Positions 1-10,451 of a stretch of DNA of 64,000 bases are shown piece after piece. The position numbers and the translations under genes are program-made. Origin of the DNA: Patescibacteria group bacterium (GTDB lineage Bacteria > Patescibacteriota > Minisyncoccia > UBA9983); NCBI GenBank assembly GCA_018895015.1, contig JAHIOX010000015.1, positions 11,533-75,532 on the forward strand, in the 5' to 3' direction. The first letter of the stretch is position 1; the number at the start of each line of letters is the position of its first letter. The notes beneath the pieces are model-generated. The model did no database searches and had not been told where the DNA came from. It saw only the letters and a list, made by a program, of their open reading frames with translations.

Positions 1-312
1 CTGCCGTATGTTTTGCTTGAAGCCGGGCTGGCGGAAATTCCAATTATTGCTACAAATGTCGGAGGCGCGCCGGAAATAATAGGCCCCGCCCTATCAAGGT
101 CGGACCTTGGAAATTTAAAAAGGTCCGACCTTAAGGAAACTGGAATTTTAGTAAACCCCGCAAACCCGGAACAACTGGCAGAGGCAATTAAAAAATTAAT
201 TGAAAATCCTGAATTAGCAAAAGCTCTCGCCGCAAACGCGCGTCAAAAAATATTGAGCGAATTTTCTTTTGAAAAGATGCTACAACAAACCTTGGCGGCG
301 TACGAGAATTAA
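1..312 (+). CDS. Glycosyltransferase family 1 (GT4-like), C-terminal part; the gene starts upstream of the window
   Basis: Open frame from position 1. The C-terminal GT1 motif region (EAGLAEIPIIATNVGGAPEII...ILVNP...LAEAIKKLIENPELAKALAANARQKILSEFSFEKM) is typical of GT-B glycosyltransferases. Contains the in-frame palindromic insertion at 96-143. Confidence 0.7.
   Translation: MPYVLLEAGLAEIPIIATNVGGAPEIIGPALSRSDLGNLKRSDLKETGILVNPANPEQLAEAIKKLIENPELAKALAANARQKILSEFSFEKMLQQTLAAYEN
96..143. repeat. Palindromic in-frame insertion (variant): 13-bp inverted repeat AAGGTCGGACCTT / AAGGTCCGACCTT with an 11-nt loop, flanked by CTTGGAAAT and GGAAACTGG motifs shared with the type A elements
   Basis: Read directly: aaggtcggacctt ggaaatttaaa aaggtccgacctt aaggaaactgg. 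It is translated in-frame as LSRSDLGNLKRSDLKETG inside the GT1 gene. Confidence 0.5.
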
Positions 313-1512
313 ACCAGCGCCAGAAATCGCGCCAATCCCCAAAATAGCAAGCAGCCAATTTTTGATATCCCCGTCATTTCCTTTTACAACAGAAACAACA
401 TTAGCAACCTGGCTATCAGTGTTAGAAGCCGAGCTTTCAACACCGGCAACAGCCCCGGAGATGTCGGAAACTCGGTTTCCGACATTAACAATTTCTTCTG
501 GTTCAAAATTTACAACGGACACCGGTTTGGCTATCGCATAGCCAAAAAAAGAAAAAGCGATTGAGCCATTCGGATATAAAATTTCTGCTTTTTGACTCTC
601 TGCCTTAAGCCCAGACACGGAAGAATCTATCATTAAATCTCTGTTTGTTTTTATAAAAGTATTTGCGGGAAATTTAAAAAAAATGTTTTCCGCCTTCAAA
701 AACCAATGCGAAATATCTAATTCAACATTAGAACCGTTATGCAGTTTTATATAATTTTGATTTGCCTCAATAATCTCAAGTTGATTTGGAATTATTTTTG
801 CCGTCAATCTGCCTGAAGCTGAATATTTGCCAGAAGAAATATCCAGAATGACAATGTATTCTCCGGGATATTTATAAACATGTTTGACATTCTGGCCTTC
901 GCTTATCGCGCCATCGCCAAAATTCCAGAGATAACGCGCGCTTTCCAATGGCTCTTTTTTGAGTCCGAGCGCCTTTCCTGAAAAATAAACGTCAGCGCCG
1001 GCAATAGCTGTTTTGTCAGAGCCGGCATTGGCAAAAATCTGCGGCTCCACAGGCCATTCAATTGAACCGTCATCGTAAGTCGGTTTTGGCGATTCAGATT
1101 TTAATTCTGGCGTAAGCGCAGATTCTGATACTACAATATCTTGCTCTGCGGTCCATTGGTTGGCCTTAATGGTTAATTTGTAATTACCAACGGCTGAATC
1201 TTTATAATAAAAACTGCGATTGGCAGTATTTTTAGCCATTGTCAGTTTGCTGGTAGAAACCCATTTAGTGCTGCTGGCGGAAAATTCGCCAGTGCTTGAA
1301 TTAGTTTTGAGTTCAAGATATATAGTTTCTGTTATTTTTACGAGATTCCCATCTGCGTCTTGCGCCTGAACAGTTATTTTTTCCGAGGCTTCATTCGGTT
1401 TAATTACTTGCGGATCTGTTGTAAAAACAAATTGCGATATATCGCTTGCCAAAGCAATATTAATGCTAAACAAAAAAAATAAAAAAGTTGATATCAATCT
1501 AACTGCTAACAT
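280..1512 (-). CDS. Secreted/surface protein with N-terminal signal peptide and a PKD-like domain
   Basis: N-terminal hydrophobic signal (MLAVRLISTFLFFLFSINIALA). PKD-like motif WNFGDG...YKYPGEYIVILDIS. Hydrophobic C-terminus. Lies 5 nt downstream of the ATPase gene on the same strand. Confidence 0.5.
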   Translation of the reverse strand: MLAVRLISTFLFFLFSINIALASDISQFVFTTDPQVIKPNEASEKITVQAQDADGNLVKITETIYLELKTNSSTGEFSASSTKWVSTSKLTMAKNTANRSFYYKDSAVGNYKLTIKANQWTAEQDIVVSESALTPELKSESPKPTYDDGSIEWPVEPQIFANAGSDKTAIAGADVYFSGKALGLKKEPLESARYLWNFGDGAISEGQNVKHVYKYPGEYIVILDISSGKYSASGRLTAKIIPNQLEIIEANQNYIKLHNGSNVELDISHWFLKAENIFFKFPANTFIKTNRDLMIDSSVSGLKAESQKAEILYPNGSIAFSFFGYAIAKPVSVVNFEPEEIVNVGNRVSDISGAVAGVESSASNTDSQVANVVSVVKGNDGDIKNWLLAILGIGAISGAGLILVRRQGLL

Positions 1513-1517
1513 GCTAT

Positions 1518-3227
1518 TTACTCAAACTTTATTCTATCTCCGGGCTTGAGAGTTCCCTTTTTATCATTAACAATTTTTTCTTTCATAACCTCATCTAATA
1601 CTTCTCTCAATTCATCTAATTTGGGTTCTGTTTTGCCTTTTGTCGGGCTAGCGAATTTTTTATTTTCCAATTCTTTCAACGATATTGGCTTTGGAGCCGA
1701 AACCGGTGGCTCGGAATGCCTTCTGTGAGCTTTGCAAAAAACCATCCTTTTCCCGTCCGGCTTAAACGGAACATATGTTTTTTTGCCGCACACATCGCAA
1801 ACCGCTTCATTGAGTTCCGGCGGCGCTTCCATTTTTTCCCTTTCTATTTCAGTATGCGGAAGCGACCTCTTAATGGCGCGCACGGCTGGGGCTGAATACG
1901 CGGCCGCCTTATTTTCATTAACTGTATTTTTCTGATTGCTGGTTTTATGCCACTCGGCGATTTTATTTTCCACCTCCTCTCTCGCCGTGGCGTATTTTTC
2001 GCGCGACACTTCAATTATCTTGTCTCTATGCGAGCTTTCAGGCGGGATTATCGGAGGAAGAGTGCTGGCTGAAAAAGGCCTGGATGCCACACCGTCTATC
2101 ATCAGCTTTAAATAAATACTCGCAAATCCAAGATTTACTATGTCCTGTACGACAAATTCCGGCGCGAATTCCTGCTCTAAAACTTCCGCGTCATAAGCGC
2201 CAACCCTAAAAGCCGCCAGCGTGCCTACGTTTCCAAAAACGGCGTCGCGCACCGTCTCATCCATCTGCGCGATATATTGGTGAGCCAAAACTAAATTGAG
2301 GCGGTATTTTCTCGCCTCTGAAAGAATATCCTTAAACGATTCAGTGGCAAAGTTCTGGAATTCGTCAACGTATAAATAAAAATCCGTCCGCTCTTCTTCG
2401 CTAACGTCAACTCGGCTCATTGCCGCCAGATATATTTTCGTAATAAGCATAGCTCCGATAAGGCGTGAATTTTCTTCGCCTACTCTTCCTTTAGAAAGGT
2501 TCATTATAAATATTTTCTTTTTATCCATTATATCGCGTATGTCAAACGCCGAGTGCGGCTGGCCGATTATGTTGCGTATAATAGGATTGGAAATAAATTG
2601 GCCAACTTTGTTCTGAATGGCGGCGCCGGCCTCAGTCATAAAGCGGTCGGTGTATTTCGCGAATTCATCAGTCCAAAAAGCTTTGATAACAGGGTCTGTA
2701 ATTTTTGAAACAACCTCTTGCCTGTACTCTTTGTCGGACAGCATTCTGTTTATGCCCAAAAGAGTCGACTCCGGATATTCAAGAAGCGCGAGAATGCAAT
2801 TGTTCAAAATATATTCCATTCGCGGCGACCAGACATCCGGCCAGATTTTTTTAAAAACGCCAAGCAAACCGTTGGCAATTAAATGCCGCTGGCTCGTGTC
2901 AACATTTTCCATCACGTTAAAAGCAACCGGCCAATCAGTGTCGTGAGGAGCGAAATAAAGAACATCGCCAATGCGGTTTTCCGGCACAAAATCCAATAAT
3001 TTTTCAGCAAAACCTCCGTGAGGGTCAACAATACCGACCCCTTCTCCGTTTAAAATATCCTGCATCGCCATATTTTCAAGCAAAGTCGTTTTTCCCATGC
3101 CGGTTTTGCCGATAATATACATATGCTTGGTTCGGTCATGCCTTTTAATGCCGAATCTTTTTTTCTCATTGCGAAAATCCGTTTCAGCGAAATAAGTGAT
3201 ATTATTATTGCCGTTTTTATCGTTCAT
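1518..3227 (-). CDS. VirD4/TraG/TraD-like (type IV coupling protein family, FtsK/HerA superfamily) P-loop ATPase with C-terminal CxxC...CxxH zinc ribbon
   Basis: Walker A GKTGMGKTT. Walker B YLYVDEFQNF followed by an RKYRLNLVLAHQYIAQM motif resembling the TraG-D_C region. C-terminal CDVCGK...FCKAHRRH. Paralogous to the CDS at 27761-30163. Confidence 0.5.
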   Translation of the reverse strand: MNDKNGNNNITYFAETDFRNEKKRFGIKRHDRTKHMYIIGKTGMGKTTLLENMAMQDILNGEGVGIVDPHGGFAEKLLDFVPENRIGDVLYFAPHDTDWPVAFNVMENVDTSQRHLIANGLLGVFKKIWPDVWSPRMEYILNNCILALLEYPESTLLGINRMLSDKEYRQEVVSKITDPVIKAFWTDEFAKYTDRFMTEAGAAIQNKVGQFISNPIIRNIIGQPHSAFDIRDIMDKKKIFIMNLSKGRVGEENSRLIGAMLITKIYLAAMSRVDVSEEERTDFYLYVDEFQNFATESFKDILSEARKYRLNLVLAHQYIAQMDETVRDAVFGNVGTLAAFRVGAYDAEVLEQEFAPEFVVQDIVNLGFASIYLKLMIDGVASRPFSASTLPPIIPPESSHRDKIIEVSREKYATAREEVENKIAEWHKTSNQKNTVNENKAAAYSAPAVRAIKRSLPHTEIEREKMEAPPELNEAVCDVCGKKTYVPFKPDGKRMVFCKAHRRHSEPPVSAPKPISLKELENKKFASPTKGKTEPKLDELREVLDEVMKEKIVNDKKGTLKPGDRIKFE

Positions 3228-3259
3228 TTGGCTTAATTATACATAAATCTTAAAATAAA

Positions 3260-4423
3260 TCACTCCTTGTCAAGCGCGGCATGGGTGTATTTATTAGCCG
3301 CGTCCCACAACAGCCAAGAATCCAGGCCGGCATCGTAAACAGCCTGCTTTTGCTTGCGCACCATCGCGGCATCATAAGTCGCGCCCAAATCAAAGTCCTG
3401 AAGCCAAGGCCGTAATTTATTCGGCGTTGAAGTAGCGGCAATCAAACGCCCGGAAGCAGTATCCATCGCCAATTTTACCACTTCATAGGGATGCTCCGCC
3501 GGGTTTTTAAATCCATTATATGTTGGCGGATAATGAGAAGGATAAACCATCGGGCAGATGTAATCAAAATACGGCTCCGTTTTTTCCAAAACCTGGCCGA
3601 TGTTTAAATCGTCGGAATTGGTTGCAGTCATTCCAAACAAATCCGCTGACAAAGGCACATCAAGAACTTCCAGTTCTTTTTTTAGATACGCGAAAAAATT
3701 TTCCATGGCATCGGATTTTTCAATTTCCTTTTGGCAAAAAGAATAGCTTACGTCTTTCATATTGCCGTCGGAAGGAAATCTGATATAGTCAAAATTCAAT
3801 TCGTCAAAACCGACTCGCTCGGTTTCTTTGGCAACGCTTACGGCATAATCCCAAACTTCTTTTGAGCAAGGGTCAAGCCACGCGATTCCTTTCCTGTCCT
3901 TCCAAACAGTTTTACCGTCGCTTCTTTTAACGGCCAAATCCGGCCTTTGTTTAGCCAAATAAACATCTTGAAAAACAGAAATTCGCGCGATAGCGTAAAT
4001 ATTTTTACTGTGAAGATAATCTAAAAAATCTTTTATATCAGCGACGCGCTTTTCTGCGGAACCTATTCCTTGAAGTTTCGGGTCGGAAACTTCAAAAGAA
4101 ATTCTGCCGGTGTAATCTTTCACATCAATCACAACCGCGTTAAGCTCTGTTGAATCTATTAAATTGACAAGCTCCTGGCGCCAGTCTTTTGTTGAAGCAA
4201 CCCAGCTTGTCATGTAGATTCCGCGGACATGCGGCGGAGTTTTTATATGGGCTGGCTTGATTTCTTCCGGAGTAATTATATTATCTTCAGAGCCGGAAAT
4301 TTTAGAAGCAATATATTCAGAATTAGGAACATCAAGCAAAAAACTAACGCCAAAAAAAGCAAAACAAGCGGCGCCGGAAATCAGCGAAAAGACAACGCTC
4401 TTTTTGGTTAAATATTTTTTCAT
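3260..4423 (-). CDS. Membrane-anchored putative glycoside hydrolase-like TIM-barrel protein (DUF4015-like)
   Basis: N-terminal TM/signal anchor. Motifs YMTSWVA...LNAVVIDVKD...DYIRFP resemble the GHL/DUF4015 family. Assignment from memory only. Confidence 0.35.
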   Translation of the reverse strand: MKKYLTKKSVVFSLISGAACFAFFGVSFLLDVPNSEYIASKISGSEDNIITPEEIKPAHIKTPPHVRGIYMTSWVASTKDWRQELVNLIDSTELNAVVIDVKDYTGRISFEVSDPKLQGIGSAEKRVADIKDFLDYLHSKNIYAIARISVFQDVYLAKQRPDLAVKRSDGKTVWKDRKGIAWLDPCSKEVWDYAVSVAKETERVGFDELNFDYIRFPSDGNMKDVSYSFCQKEIEKSDAMENFFAYLKKELEVLDVPLSADLFGMTATNSDDLNIGQVLEKTEPYFDYICPMVYPSHYPPTYNGFKNPAEHPYEVVKLAMDTASGRLIAATSTPNKLRPWLQDFDLGATYDAAMVRKQKQAVYDAGLDSWLLWDAANKYTHAALDKE

Positions 4424-4431
4424 TATTCAAA

Positions 4432-4632
4432 TTACTCCGCTTGCTCTGTTTTTTTATCAGCCGATTGGGCGACAGTTTCGCTCACGCCCCTCCAAAAAGA
4501 GATAAGCGCGACAAGCAAGCCGGATATAATCATAAACGCTCTTTGGACCGCGGACGGGAAACCCAAGAATCCCAAAATAATTATCCAAAGCCCTAAAGCG
4601 CCAATAAACCAATTTCTCCACATATATGCCAT
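4432..4632 (-). CDS. Small two-TM membrane protein (hypothetical)
   Basis: ORF 4432-4731 trimmed to the internal Met (MAYMWRNWFIGALGLWIIILGF...), because the upstream part overlaps the murB 3' end. Confidence 0.3.
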   Translation of the reverse strand: MAYMWRNWFIGALGLWIIILGFLGFPSAVQRAFMIISGLLVALISFWRGVSETVAQSADKKTEQAE

Positions 4633-4661
4633 TATAACACCCCGCCTAAAAAATTCCATTT

Positions 4662-5630
4662 TTAGCGGGGCAAGACAACAATTTCTTCTTCCAAATCTAT
4701 GTTGAATTTTTCTCTCACTTTTTGTTTGCAAATTTTAATGAGTTCCAACACGTCAGCCGCTCGCCCTTCCCCGATATTCACGATAAAATTCGCGTGCAAG
4801 TCCGAAATTTGGGCTCCGCCAATATTCATTCCCTTTAATCCGCATTGCTCTATCAAATATGCCGCTGGAAATTTCCCGGTCTTAATTTTTTCTTGAGGAA
4901 TTAATTTCAAAAACTCGTTTTTGTTCCGTAATCCGCCAATAACAATATTTTTAAATATACTCCCGATTGAAGGATGCGATGGAATCTTTCTTCTGCGATT
5001 CAATAAAATATTTTTAATTTCTTCTTTGCTTTTTTCTTTTCCGCCAGCCGGCGGAGCCTTTGCTAATTTAAATTCTATTTCTAAAATTACTTCGGCGTTG
5101 CCCAAATTTTTGAATCTGCTTCCGCGATAACAAAATTCGCATTCTTTATTTGAATACTTTTTTATCCGCCAGCCGGCGGAGCCAGCCTCATCCAAAACAG
5201 AAACGCTTTCCACGTTTTCAGATATTGAATGGCCGTATGCCCCGCAATTTCCGGCCACGCCTCCGCCAACTGTTCCGGGTATTCCAACGCCCCACTCAAA
5301 GCCAATGAAACCGGCATCAATGGATTTTATAATTAATTGGCTGAATAATACTCCCGCGCCAACATTCACGCTTGAATTTTCAATTTTTAATCCGCCGGCC
5401 GACGGACAATTTCCAATTTTTATCGCAACGCCTTCAAATCCTTCGTCACGAAATAAAATATTACTCCCGCCACCAAACACAAAATAAGGCAGGTTTTTGC
5501 CTTTCGCGAACTTAATCGCCTCAATAATTTCCTCCTTTGATTTCGCGACAACAAAATACCTCGCCGCCCCGCCGATCTTAAAACTGGAGTGATTTTTTAA
5601 TAGCTCGTTTTCTTTAATTTCCAATAACAT
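4662..5630 (-). CDS. murB: UDP-N-acetylenolpyruvoylglucosamine reductase
   Basis: FAD-binding MurB motifs (FKIGGAARYF...FVFGGGSNILF). Start set at ATG 5628-5630 (MLLEIKENELL). The longer ORF to 5804 would run through tRNA-Ile. Confidence 0.85.
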   Translation of the reverse strand: MLLEIKENELLKNHSSFKIGGAARYFVVAKSKEEIIEAIKFAKGKNLPYFVFGGGSNILFRDEGFEGVAIKIGNCPSAGGLKIENSSVNVGAGVLFSQLIIKSIDAGFIGFEWGVGIPGTVGGGVAGNCGAYGHSISENVESVSVLDEAGSAGWRIKKYSNKECEFCYRGSRFKNLGNAEVILEIEFKLAKAPPAGGKEKSKEEIKNILLNRRRKIPSHPSIGSIFKNIVIGGLRNKNEFLKLIPQEKIKTGKFPAAYLIEQCGLKGMNIGGAQISDLHANFIVNIGEGRAADVLELIKICKQKVREKFNIDLEEEIVVLPR

Positions 5631-5632
5631 TG

Positions 5633-5704
5633 TGGGCGTGGAAGGAATCGAACCTTCGACCCCGTTCTTATCAGGAACGTGCTCTACCACTGAGCCACAC
5701 GCCC
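5633..5704 (-). tRNA. tRNA-Ile (anticodon GAT)
   Basis: Reverse complement GGGCGTGTGGCTCAGTGGTAGAGCACGTTCCTGATAAGAACGGGGTCGAAGGTTCGATTCCTTCCACGCCCA. Cloverleaf with anticodon loop CTGATAA. No encoded CCA. Confidence 0.85.
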
Positions 5705-5934
5705 ATCCGTCAGCTGACGGATTCATTCTATAACAAAAAACCGCCCTATTCAAGAGGACGATTTTTTGATTTATAATATTTTTTCTTTTGTTCCGTTCGC
5801 CCATTTTTACCTCTTGAGTTTGAGGAATCTCAAAACAGCTCCGAGATCAACGCTTTATCCGCCTCATCGGCGGACCGACCTAGTCTTTTCTGTCCGCTAT
5901 GTCCGTAAAGGGCATAAAACGAAAGAAAAGATTG

Positions 5935-7452
<1,518 letters not shown>

Positions 7453-7592
7453 AAATGAACGGAACAAAAGAAAAAATATTATCTCGATTCTGGGACTTTA
7501 TGCCAGAATCGGAATGCACAAATGAATCATATTCATTTTTTAATGTTCAAGAAAATTGTACCTCTGTCTGGGTTTATTCAGTTTATATTTTT

Positions 7593-7620
7593 ATTATATA
7601 CCTGTTATATATAGTGTCAA
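7593..7620 (-). promoter_or_regulatory. Consensus sigma70-type promoter TTGACA-16-TATAAT upstream of the 16S rRNA
   Basis: Minus strand reads TTGACACTATATATAACAGGTATATAAT. -35 at 7615-7620 and -10 at 7593-7598, about 140 nt upstream of the mature 16S 5' end. Confidence 0.5.
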
Positions 7621-7732
7621 TACCAGCAACTATCACAAAGTTTACGCTATAGCGAAAAGATTGTGTCATTGAGTTTTTTAAAAAAATTCATTAAAAAAGC
7701 GGGTTTTTAGGCCCGCCTTAAATTCATTGTCC

Positions 7733-7978
7733 TTAATCAAGTATTATATAAGATGTAATATAGTCATCTATTTCTTCGTATTCTTTAAACAGCTTCTTTT
7801 GTTCTTCGTTCATGCTCTCAAGAAATTTTTCTCTTCTCTTTTGTCCTTCTTTCCTTGCGCAAGAAAGGCAAATCGCGTAAATCATTTCGCTATCTTCTAT
7901 ATAACCCCTATCTCCGAAGCACCATAAACATCTTCTTTCAGGACTTACTTCTTCTTTTCGTATCGCTTCCGCTCCCAT
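7733..7978 (-). CDS. Small zinc-ribbon protein (hypothetical)
   Basis: CxxC...CxxC pattern (CLWCFGDRG...ICLSCARKE). Followed by a hairpin at about 7693-7720. Confidence 0.35.
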   Translation of the reverse strand: MGAEAIRKEEVSPERRCLWCFGDRGYIEDSEMIYAICLSCARKEGQKRREKFLESMNEEQKKLFKEYEEIDDYITSYIILD

Positions 7979-8132
7979 TTAACTCACCTCTCTTTCTATT
8001 TTTATCCCATTTTCCACTAATAGATCGGTTATATATTTCTATCTTTCTGAAACTTACATTCATAATTCTCGGTTTCTTGATTTTTTCCATTCCGCACCTC
8101 CGTTGTATATATTAAATTTTCAAAATACTAAT

Positions 8133-9086
8133 TTATTTTCTTTTCCCACTTTTTCTTTCTTGTAATTTATAAATCGTAACCAAAAGCGGCGAAGCTAAAA
8201 AGATTGAAGAATACGTTCCGGCGATTATACCGACTATAAGCGCCAATGAAAAATATTTTGTCGTTTCTCCGCCGAAAAAGAACAGCGCGAGAAGCACCAA
8301 AAACACCGTTAAAGAAGTGTTAATTGAACGGGCAATTGTTTGGTTAACGCTTAACCCAACCGTATTTTCAAAATTCTCTCCAATGCCCTTCCGTAAATTC
8401 TCGCGAACACGGTCAAAAACAACAATGGTATCATGGACGGAAAAACCAAGAATAGTAAGGAGCGCCGTAATAAACAAAATGTCTATTTCCGCGCCAAAAT
8501 ATTTTCCAAGAATCGCGAAAATTCCGGTTGGAATCGCCACATCATGAATAAGAGCGACAACCGCCATCAGCCCGTATTTAAAAGACGAGACTCCCCTGCC
8601 GGTTTTAGACAGCCCGGCTGAAACCTTGCGGAACGCGAAAGCGATATAAAAAATAATCATTGCCAAAACCAGCGCCATGGCAACCCACGATTTTTGCGCG
8701 AGTTCTTTTCCGATAACAGGCCCGATTGAATCAAAACGCGTTTCGGTTATTTCACTTGGAAATCCAGTTTCCAAGTGCTTGGAAACTGGATTTCCAAGTG
8801 CTTGCAATAATAATTGGTGCTCTTCTTCAGATAAATCTTTTGAGCGGATAAGCAATCCATTGTCGCCGGTTGGCTGCAAGGAGATATTGCCCAAATCCAA
8901 CGGAGAAATTTTTTCCTTAATAACGAAATTTTCCGGCCTGTCATTTAAATATTCAATCTCAAGAAGCGAGCCGCCGGTAAAATCTATTCCCAAATTCAAA
9001 CCAAAAAAGAAAATTGAAAATATGCTCGCTACTACGAGCAGTCCTGAAATCGCGTACCAAATTTTTCGATGCTTTATGATATTCAT
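8133..9086 (-). CDS. secF: Protein translocase subunit SecF
   Basis: SecF membrane topology and conserved C-terminal TM region. Start set at ATG 9084-9086, 4 nt after the secD stop. Contains the type A palindrome at 8752-8799, encoding LGNPVSKHLETGFPS. Confidence 0.85.
   Translation of the reverse strand: MNIIKHRKIWYAISGLLVVASIFSIFFFGLNLGIDFTGGSLLEIEYLNDRPENFVIKEKISPLDLGNISLQPTGDNGLLIRSKDLSEEEHQLLLQALGNPVSKHLETGFPSEITETRFDSIGPVIGKELAQKSWVAMALVLAMIIFYIAFAFRKVSAGLSKTGRGVSSFKYGLMAVVALIHDVAIPTGIFAILGKYFGAEIDILFITALLTILGFSVHDTIVVFDRVRENLRKGIGENFENTVGLSVNQTIARSINTSLTVFLVLLALFFFGGETTKYFSLALIVGIIAGTYSSIFLASPLLVTIYKLQERKSGKRK
8752..8799. repeat. In-frame intragenic palindromic element, type A (48 bp, 23-bp perfect arms)
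   Basis: cacttggaaatccagtttccaag tg cttggaaactggatttccaagtg. The left arm is the exact reverse complement of the right arm. Confidence 0.8.
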
Positions 9087-9090
9087 AATT

Positions 9091-10419
9091 CTAACTTTGC
9101 GAAATCTTATGCGAATTATGCGAACCAAACAAAAATTGCGTTAATTTGCTTTCCTCTTTCGCTCCGATTGCCAGCAAAAATGTCCTGCTTATAATAATTG
9201 CCGAGAACATGCTGACTAGCACGCCGATGCCAAGAGTAAGAGCAAAGCCTTTTACCATGCTCGTTCCCATCCAAAAAAGTATGAAAGCGGTAATCAAACT
9301 TGAAACATTTGAATCGCGGATAGACAGCCAAGCGCGAGCAAATCCCTCTGTAATGGCCGTGTTTAATTGCTTGCCGGCCCGCCTTTCCTCTTTCATTCTT
9401 TCAAAAATCAAAATATTCGCGTCAACCGCCATGCCAATGGACAAAATGAAACCGGCAATGCCCGCGGCTGTCAGCGTTACCGGAATAATTTTAAAAATCG
9501 CCAAAACAATAATAATATAAATGGCGAGAGCGAAAACAGAAATAAGCCCCGGCAAACGATACCATAATACAAGAAAAAGGGACACTAAAATAATCCCGTA
9601 AATTCCGGCAGTAATTCCTTTCATTAAAACTTTTTCTCCCAAAGTCGGGCCAACGCTTTGCTGGGAAATAAGCTCAATCGGAACCGGAAGCGCCCCTGAG
9701 TTCAAGCGCTGGACCAGCAGTTTTGCTTCTGTCGGAGTAAATTGGCCGGTTATTTGAGCGCGGCCGTTTGGAATTTCTTCCCTAACCACAGGCGCGCTAA
9801 TCGGAGCGCCGTCTAAAAATATAGCGAGCTGCTTGCCGACATTTTCCTTTGTGAGCTTGGCAAAAATTTCCGCGCCCTCGTCATTAAATTGGATTGAAAT
9901 TTCCGGCTCGTACGTAGTCGGGCTAAATTCAAGCGTTGCTTTTTCAAGATAGCGGCCGGTAAGCCGGGACGGCAAAAAAGCGTCCGCTGCGTTCACGCCT
10001 TCTTCCATATTCGGCGCCTCTATCCTAAATTCCAAAAATGGAGTTTCTCCGAGCATTTTTATCGCTTGATTCACGTCTGTCACGCCAGGCAATTCAACAA
10101 TAAGGCGCTGTTCTTTATTTTCAGATGCCTTTAAAATGCCTTTTTGCTCCACCTGGACAAGCGGTTCGGCAACGCCAAAAAGATTGACCCTTCTTTCAAT
10201 AACATCCCTAAGCCCGTCCATTGCATCCTGAATTTCAGACGGGCTAATTTGAGAAACATCAGCCCGATAAACCAGATGCGCTCCTCCGCGCAAATCCAAA
10301 CCAAGCTTAAACGGCATGGAAAAAAATAGGTTTGGCGAAAATATATGCGCTACGTCAAAATAGCCGATGGCAGCGCCGGCTAAAATAATCAAAACCGCTA
10401 TAAACCTGTATTTCGGCAT
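9091..10419 (-). CDS. secD: Protein translocase subunit SecD
   Basis: SecD periplasmic domain and C-terminal 6-TM region. Adjacent to and co-oriented with secF. Confidence 0.85.
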   Translation of the reverse strand: MPKYRFIAVLIILAGAAIGYFDVAHIFSPNLFFSMPFKLGLDLRGGAHLVYRADVSQISPSEIQDAMDGLRDVIERRVNLFGVAEPLVQVEQKGILKASENKEQRLIVELPGVTDVNQAIKMLGETPFLEFRIEAPNMEEGVNAADAFLPSRLTGRYLEKATLEFSPTTYEPEISIQFNDEGAEIFAKLTKENVGKQLAIFLDGAPISAPVVREEIPNGRAQITGQFTPTEAKLLVQRLNSGALPVPIELISQQSVGPTLGEKVLMKGITAGIYGIILVSLFLVLWYRLPGLISVFALAIYIIIVLAIFKIIPVTLTAAGIAGFILSIGMAVDANILIFERMKEERRAGKQLNTAITEGFARAWLSIRDSNVSSLITAFILFWMGTSMVKGFALTLGIGVLVSMFSAIIISRTFLLAIGAKEESKLTQFLFGSHNSHKISQS

Positions 10420-10451
10420 AATTTTTAATATTATAGTTTTTTAAAAAAAAT

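Noticed and set aside
4662-5804. 380-aa ORF extending murB upstream to 5804
   Set aside because: The N-terminal 58 residues are read straight through tRNA-Ile(GAT) at 5633-5704 and the 16S-tRNA spacer. The murB homology begins at the internal ATG at 5630, so murB is 4662-5630.
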